Positions 16,035 to 16,176 of a stretch of 16,176 bases of DNA are shown here, in pieces. Source of the DNA: a virus (Duplodnaviria; Heunggongvirae; Uroviricota; Caudoviricetes). Numbering within the stretch: the first letter of the stretch is position 1; each line of letters opens with the position of its first letter. Made by a program: the position numbers and the translations under genes. The stretch is from IMG/VR virus record IMGVR_UViG_3300033070_001087, positions 1-16,176 of that record. One strand, written 5' to 3'. The notes beneath the pieces are model-generated. The model did no database searches and had not been told where the DNA came from. It was given only the letters and a program-made list of their open reading frames with translations.

Positions 16035-16176
16035 TTAAGGTTTTATATTAATAGTTCTACTTCCTGTAATTTTATAAAATCTTCCTGATTTTAAATTTAC
16101 ATCAGAATCTGCTGCAGTATCATCTGCATATTCAGGTACATTAAGATAGTTATATAGATTTTCATATAATTTTACT
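16035..16176 (-). CDS. C-terminal fragment (46 aa) of an upstream gene, probably fibre/structural
   Basis: Not in the ORF track. Manual translation VKLYENLYNYLNVPEYADDTAADSDVNLKSGRFYKITGSRTINIKP* with TAA at 16037-16035, 12 nt before the next ATG. 'PEYADDTAA...L..G.FYK' resembles a short motif in phage fibre proteins. Confidence 0.6.
   Translation of the reverse strand, partial: VKLYENLYNYLNVPEYADDTAADSDVNLKSGRFYKITGSRTINIKP

Noticed and set aside
1-16176. Stop-codon reassignment (TAG or TGA), known in some crAss-like phages
   Set aside because: Genes tile the window almost without gaps under the standard code. TAA (10), TGA (4) and TAG (1) all act as stops at sensible junctions. Readthrough of the one TAG would add only about 6 residues.
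1-16176. tRNA, rRNA or CRISPR array
   Set aside because: The largest non-coding gap is 68 nt, and no cloverleaf or spaced direct repeats were seen.

Overview
AT-rich phage DNA with every supported gene on the minus strand. It is best read as the tail, lysis and ejected-cargo module of a crAss-like (Crassvirales-type) podophage infecting a Bacteroidota host. In transcription order (right to left): end of an upstream fibre-like gene; a 507-aa tail fibre/spike with a 17-residue beta-solenoid; two small membrane proteins (holin-like); an M15 peptidase endolysin; a free-standing HNH endonuclease; a perfect Bacteroidota-type promoter; a 63-aa protein; a DEDDy 3'-5' exonuclease; an endonuclease VII-family nuclease; a tail ring protein; an IHF/HU-like protein; a second ring protein; a 1433-aa tail stabilisation (muzzle) protein; a second promoter-like gap with a palindrome; two cargo (ejection) proteins; and the start of a third, probably very large, cargo gene that may be the virion RNA polymerase. 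The standard genetic code fits. No tRNA, CRISPR array, intron or DGR is evident. The most notable observations are a motif-delimited modular cargo protein, a three-nuclease insert inside the virion module, and a compositionally foreign (CpG-rich) segment of the tail fibre. All family assignments come from motif recognition and gene order, not from database searches.
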